NCBI GenBank assembly: GCA_026396255.1
Contig: JAPLXD010000011.1
Span: 1-47,129, forward strand
Origin: Candidatus Moraniibacteriota bacterium
GTDB taxonomy: Bacteria; Patescibacteriota; Minisyncoccia; Moranbacterales; UBA11712
DNA length: 47,129 nt
Direction: 5' to 3'
Position 1 is the stretch's first letter. Every line of letters starts with the position of its first letter. Both the position numbers and the translations under genes were made by a program. The notes beneath the pieces were generated by a model. The model did no database searches, was not told where the DNA came from, and was given only the letters and a program-made list of their open reading frames with translations. This document shows positions 43,668 to 47,129 of this stretch, one piece after another.

Positions 43668-44786
43668 GTGAGATATTTGGACAAAAAACTTCAAAAAAGA
43701 ATCGATGACAAATTGATCCTGCTCAATTCGTTTCGTCCGCTTCCATCTTCCGCAGTCAAAAAACTCAAAGAACAATTTGAAATAGAAATGACCTATAACT
43801 CCAATGCTATTGAGGGCAATAGCTTGACGCTCAAAGAAACCTATTTGGTTATCAACGAGGGTCTGACTATAAAGGGAAAACCTCTCAAAGATCATCTTGA
43901 GGCAAAGAGTCACAAAGAAGCACTGGACTATTTATATTCACTGGTAGAAAAAGACAAAGAAAATACTGTGTCGGAAAGATTTATCAGATCGCTGAATCAA
44001 ATCGTGATGCAAGATGTTGACAAGGACTGGGCGGGAAAATATAGGAATAGCCGGGTGATTATCGGCGGTGCTGACCACAAACCGCCGGAAGCGTTGGAAA
44101 TCCCAAGATTAATGCAGAATCTTATCGGTTGGATTGACGACAATAAGAAAAAAATGCATTCGGTTGAATTAGCAAGTATTTTGCATCACAAATTGGTCTT
44201 CATTCACCCTTTTTTTGATGGAAACGGCAGGACTTCGCGACTGGCTATGAATATCATTCTGATGCAATCTGGTTTTCCGTTGGTGATTGTTTTGAAGAAC
44301 GACCGCAAAAGGTACTATCAGTCTCTGTCTTTGGCAGACAAGGGCAATTATATTCCATTTGTGAATTTCATTGCCAGGGCAGTGGAGAGAACGCTGGATA
44401 TTTATCTGAAAATATTGATGCCAAGCAAAAAAGGCAATGAAATATTTGTTCCTCTGGCGGAATTGGCAAAAAGCACCAAATTCACGGAAAAATATTTAAA
44501 TCTTCTAGCACGCAATGGAAAATTGGAAGCTCACAAAGAAGGACGCAATTGGCTTTCTTCAAGAAATGAACTTGCCATGATCTTCGAAAAATTCCAGCGC
44601 GGCAAGCAAGTTTCGCACTATCACACCGACGGCACGGGTCTTGGAATGTATCCGCCAGAGGACGGACAGGCATCGGCAAGAAAATCGTCGCCGAGCACAA
44701 AGGAAAAATCTGGGCGGAATCGGATGGGAAAGGCAAAGGCTCGAGGTTTATTTTGGAGTTACCGGTTTCCTGACAATTTGCTATAA
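43668..44786 (+). CDS. Fic-domain protein (AMPylase family) with an N-terminal inhibitory-helix motif and a C-terminal wHTH-like region. The last ~70 codons read into a kinase-gene fragment.
   Basis: Active-site HPFFDGNGRTSR (44205-44240). (S/T)xxxE(G/N) motif SNAIEG (43800-43817). GTG start. From 44577 the ORF continues into a duplicated histidine-kinase 3' fragment (MIFEKFQRGKQVSHYHTDGTGLGMY) and then out of frame. Confidence 0.8.
   Translation: MRYLDKKLQKRIDDKLILLNSFRPLPSSAVKKLKEQFEIEMTYNSNAIEGNSLTLKETYLVINEGLTIKGKPLKDHLEAKSHKEALDYLYSLVEKDKENTVSERFIRSLNQIVMQDVDKDWAGKYRNSRVIIGGADHKPPEALEIPRLMQNLIGWIDDNKKKMHSVELASILHHKLVFIHPFFDGNGRTSRLAMNIILMQSGFPLVIVLKNDRKRYYQSLSLADKGNYIPFVNFIARAVERTLDIYLKILMPSKKGNEIFVPLAELAKSTKFTEKYLNLLARNGKLEAHKEGRNWLSSRNELAMIFEKFQRGKQVSHYHTDGTGLGMYPPEDGQASARKSSPSTKEKSGRNRMGKAKARGLFWSYRFPDNLL
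44577..44773 (+). pseudogene. Displaced, frameshifted 3' fragment of a histidine kinase gene (direct repeat copy 2)
   Basis: Encodes MIFEKFQRGKQVSHYHTDGTGLGMY, then a 20-nt insertion (44652-44671), then in the shifted frame IGKKIVAEHKGKIWAESDGKGKGSRFILELPVS* (TGA 44771-44773). Confidence 0.85.
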
Positions 44787-45190
44787 TGCCCAATATGACA
44801 AAAGCTGAAAGAAAAAAAATGATAAAAGAGACGTTTACGGGCACTCAAGTCGGGATGGTTTTGGAAGATGTGCGCGATGATTTCAAGGTTATCGCAGAGC
44901 AGCATACAGATATAATGAAAAAAATTGGCGGACTTGATGATAAAGTCGGATCACTGGAAGGCAAGCTGGATAACTTTATCGTTGAAACCAGAGATAATTT
45001 CAAAGCAGTTTTTGATTATCTGTCTCGCATCGAAGATGACTTTGTCGCTCTCAAGGAAAAAGTGGAGGAATTGGACGCTAAAAAAACAAGCTCCAAAGAT
45101 TTCAAATGGCTGAAAAATAAGGTTTTGGAAATCGAGAAAAAACTCGAGGAACACAAAAAACAGCAAACTATGCTCTCGGCAAAAATGTAG
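44786..45190 (+). CDS. Coiled-coil hypothetical protein
   Basis: 134 aa with a heptad-like charged sequence (LEGKLDNFIVE..., VALKEKVEELD..., LEIEKKLEEHKK). An alternative start is ATG 44795. Confidence 0.5.
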   Translation: MPNMTKAERKKMIKETFTGTQVGMVLEDVRDDFKVIAEQHTDIMKKIGGLDDKVGSLEGKLDNFIVETRDNFKAVFDYLSRIEDDFVALKEKVEELDAKKTSSKDFKWLKNKVLEIEKKLEEHKKQQTMLSAKM

Positions 45191-45233
45191 GTTATCTTGT
45201 CTTGCAAATTTATATCTGCTGGACTATTATTAA

Positions 45234-45258
45234 ATAAGCTTTAACCAGCTTATTTTTT
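45234..45258 (+). terminator. Intrinsic terminator
   Basis: ataagct-ttaacc-agcttat followed by ttttt. Confidence 0.6.
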
Positions 45259-45264
45259 ATTTTT

Positions 45265-46581
45265 ATGCAAAAGCAAAAGGCCTGCCCGCCTCAAGTTGCG
45301 AAGCAAGTTGGGAGGGAAAAAGTCTGTGTGCTCGGCCTGGGGTATGTTGGGTTCCCCCTGGCAATCCAATGCGCGGCGAAAGGCTATGCGGTTTTCGGAT
45401 ATGACAAAGACGAGAAAAAGCTGGCTTGCATTGAAAAAGGCGAGAATATTGTTGATGAAAAATATCTTGAAGCGCTTCTACCTAAGACGAAAATAAACAT
45501 CATCCGCGATGAAAAAGAGATGGGCCAGTGTGATATTTTCATCATTGCCGTCCCCACGCCCGTGGATGAAAAATACTATCCCGATTTGGGTTTTGTCGAA
45601 GCGGCCTCGCGGACGGTGGCGGAGAATATGAAAAGCGGCGCGCTGGTCGTGGTTGAGTCGACGATCAACCCGGGAGTTTGCGAAGAAGTCGTTCGACCGA
45701 TTTTTGAAAAAGCCGGCTGGAAAGTCGGCGAAACAGTCTTCATTTCCCACTGTCCCGAGCGGATCAACCCGGGCGATCCGAAGTGGAATGTGACAAATAT
45801 TCCCCGCGTGGTCGGATCATTCGACGAAGAAGGTCTCGAAAAGTCCGTGAAGTTCTATGAAAGTATTCTCGATGGCCAAGTAATGCCAATGAAAACGATT
45901 CGCGAGGCGGAAGCCGCCAAGATCATTGAAAATTCTTTTCGCGACGTGAACATTGCTTTTGTGAATGAACTCGCCAAGTCTTTTGATCTCATGGGAATTG
46001 ATATTGTGAACGTCATCAAGGGCGCTTCGACCAAGCCTTTTGCCTTCATGCCGCACTGGCCGAGCCGAGGCGTGGGCGGACACTGTATTCCGGTGGATCC
46101 GTACTATCTCATTGAAAAAGCCAAAGAGAATGATTTTGATCACAAATTTTTGCGCTCGGCACGGGCTATCAATAATAGTATGCCGGCCTATACTGTAGAA
46201 GTCCTGCAAGAAATGCTCAATCAAATTGAAAAATCGATCAAGGGCACGCATATCGGCGTTCTGGGCGTTTCATACAAGGCCAACGTCGGCGACTTGCGCG
46301 AAAGTCCGGCCCTCAAAGTCATTGAAATCCTGGAAAAGCATGGCGCCAAACTCCATATTTTCGATCCGTATTTGCCGGAGCATTCCAATATGAAGAATAT
46401 TGAGGAAATGCTTGAAAAGTCAGAATCCGTTGTCTTACTTACAGATCATAGCGATTTTCTGAAGATTAAACCCGAACAATACAAAGAAAAAAATATTCAA
46501 GTCATTTTGGACGGCATGAATTGCCTGGACAAGGAAGCGTTCCTCAAAGCCGGATTGATCTTCAAGGGGATTGGGAGATAA
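45265..46581 (+). CDS. Nucleotide-sugar dehydrogenase (UDP-glucose/UDP-ManNAc dehydrogenase family)
   Basis: VCVLGLGYVGFPLA (NAD fold), FISHCPERINPG, GGHCIPVDPYY (catalytic Cys), GVSYKANVGDLRESPA. Confidence 0.88.
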   Translation: MQKQKACPPQVAKQVGREKVCVLGLGYVGFPLAIQCAAKGYAVFGYDKDEKKLACIEKGENIVDEKYLEALLPKTKINIIRDEKEMGQCDIFIIAVPTPVDEKYYPDLGFVEAASRTVAENMKSGALVVVESTINPGVCEEVVRPIFEKAGWKVGETVFISHCPERINPGDPKWNVTNIPRVVGSFDEEGLEKSVKFYESILDGQVMPMKTIREAEAAKIIENSFRDVNIAFVNELAKSFDLMGIDIVNVIKGASTKPFAFMPHWPSRGVGGHCIPVDPYYLIEKAKENDFDHKFLRSARAINNSMPAYTVEVLQEMLNQIEKSIKGTHIGVLGVSYKANVGDLRESPALKVIEILEKHGAKLHIFDPYLPEHSNMKNIEEMLEKSESVVLLTDHSDFLKIKPEQYKEKNIQVILDGMNCLDKEAFLKAGLIFKGIGR

Positions 46582-46641
46582 AAAAGTTGTTTTTATTGAG
46601 AAAAATGATATAATAAAAGCATAAGAGATAAGATCAAATAT

Positions 46642-47129
46642 ATGCCGAAAATAATTGTCGTCGAGGACGATCCGATGCTCGGGGAAATATACGAGAAAAA
46701 ATTCTCGGACGCCGGTTTTGAAATGAAAATGGTGACGAGCGGCAAAGCGGTCGAAGGCGAAGTGGCAAACTATCAGCCGGAAATGGTGCTTTTGGACATC
46801 GTACTTCCGGATATGGATGGTTATGAAATTCTCGAGGCTTTGTCAAAAAACGAGCTTACTCGTTCCGTCCCGACCTATGTTTTCAGTAATTTGAGCGCCA
46901 AGGAAGATATTGAGCGGGCAACAACGCTTGGAGCAAAAGGTTTCATTACCAAATCAAGCTTCACACCGTCCCAGTTGGTTGAGGAAGTGAAAAAAATCTT
47001 GGGAAGCCAAGGAACAGAAACTGCGGCCGCGCCTGCGCAGACAGACACTCCGACTGCAAGCGGTGCGGAAAAAACCATTTCCAACCAGCAAGAATCGAAC
47101 GGAAACAAAATTTTGATCATTGAAGACGA
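46642..47129 (+). CDS. Response regulator with tandem receiver domains (3' end beyond the window)
   Basis: Open frame from ATG 46642 to the window end. KIIVVEDDPML...MVLLDIVLPDMDG...SNLSAKED...GAKGFITK, then a T/A/P linker, then a second receiver beginning KILIIEDD. Confidence 0.8.
   Translation, partial: MPKIIVVEDDPMLGEIYEKKFSDAGFEMKMVTSGKAVEGEVANYQPEMVLLDIVLPDMDGYEILEALSKNELTRSVPTYVFSNLSAKEDIERATTLGAKGFITKSSFTPSQLVEEVKKILGSQGTETAAAPAQTDTPTASGAEKTISNQQESNGNKILIIED

Noticed and set aside
45202-45230. Promoter TTGCAA-17 nt-TATTAT for the sugar dehydrogenase gene.
   Set aside because: It is plausible by sequence, but it overlaps the upstream gene's terminator hairpin (45234-45258), so the predicted start would fall inside the stem. 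It may be real, with the transcript lacking the 5' arm, but I cannot support it well enough to list it as a feature.
1-47129. Alternative genetic code (UGA recoding, as in some candidate phyla).
   Set aside because: TGA terminates well-defined genes at the expected positions (infA at 17660-17662, the histidine kinase at 43572-43574, the IS30 tail). Conserved proteins show no in-frame TGA.
1-47129. CRISPR arrays, rRNA genes, integrases or prophage blocks.
   Set aside because: Reading the window, I saw no regularly spaced 25-40-nt direct repeats, no rRNA-like ORF-free stretches longer than 300 nt, and no recombinase or phage structural motifs. The only transposase is the truncated IS30 tail at the left edge.

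Overview
This 47.1-kb window is almost entirely coding and mostly on the + strand. It reads like a small-genome bacterium with a Gram-positive-type envelope. I infer a Patescibacteria/CPR-like organism, but no search was possible. The genetic code is standard, since TGA is used as a stop (infA, histidine kinase).

Left part: the tail of an IS30-type transposase, an LPXTG surface protein with its sortase, and a Wzz-like protein. These are followed by a full dTDP-rhamnose pathway (rfbC-rfbB-rfbD-rfbA), galU and a GT4 glycosyltransferase.

Middle part: two minus-strand membrane proteins, ftsA plus a 667-aa membrane protein, and an AT-rich single-polypeptide nuclease-methylase-TRD restriction-modification gene (Type IIG-like). 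Then comes translation-related housekeeping:
- infA-rpmJ-rpsM-rpsK-rpsD-rpoA-rplQ and rplM-rpsI
- a minus-strand rpmE-prfA-prmC block
- rpsB-tsf and a ricT-like gene
- tRNA-Thr and tRNA-Tyr
- pheS-pheT, a NUDIX gene, valS, ispH and proS

Right part: a GNAT / SAM-decarboxylase / membrane protein / GNAT module, a multi-TM histidine kinase, a Fic gene, a coiled-coil protein, a nucleotide-sugar dehydrogenase, and the start of a tandem-REC response regulator.

The least routine observations are:
1. The Fic gene is bracketed by two diverged copies of the histidine-kinase 3' end. They differ almost only at synonymous sites, and the downstream copy is broken by a 20-nt insertion. This looks like the scar of an integrating cassette that regenerates its target gene.
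2. An orphan ~250-nt minus-strand structured RNA gene lies between galU and the glycosyltransferase. It has its own consensus promoter, closing helix and terminator.
3. The fused R-M-S gene and its neighbours look like an inserted island just upstream of infA.
4. A 24-aa poly-Lys/Ala micro-ORF has a complete promoter, SD and terminator.
5. A 31-nt double-palindrome module is embedded in-frame in two unrelated genes.
6. Perfect DnaA boxes abut two promoters.
7. A heptanucleotide repeat sits inside the glycosyltransferase gene.

I cannot show from sequence alone that any of these is a genuinely new system. No CRISPR array or rRNA was seen.
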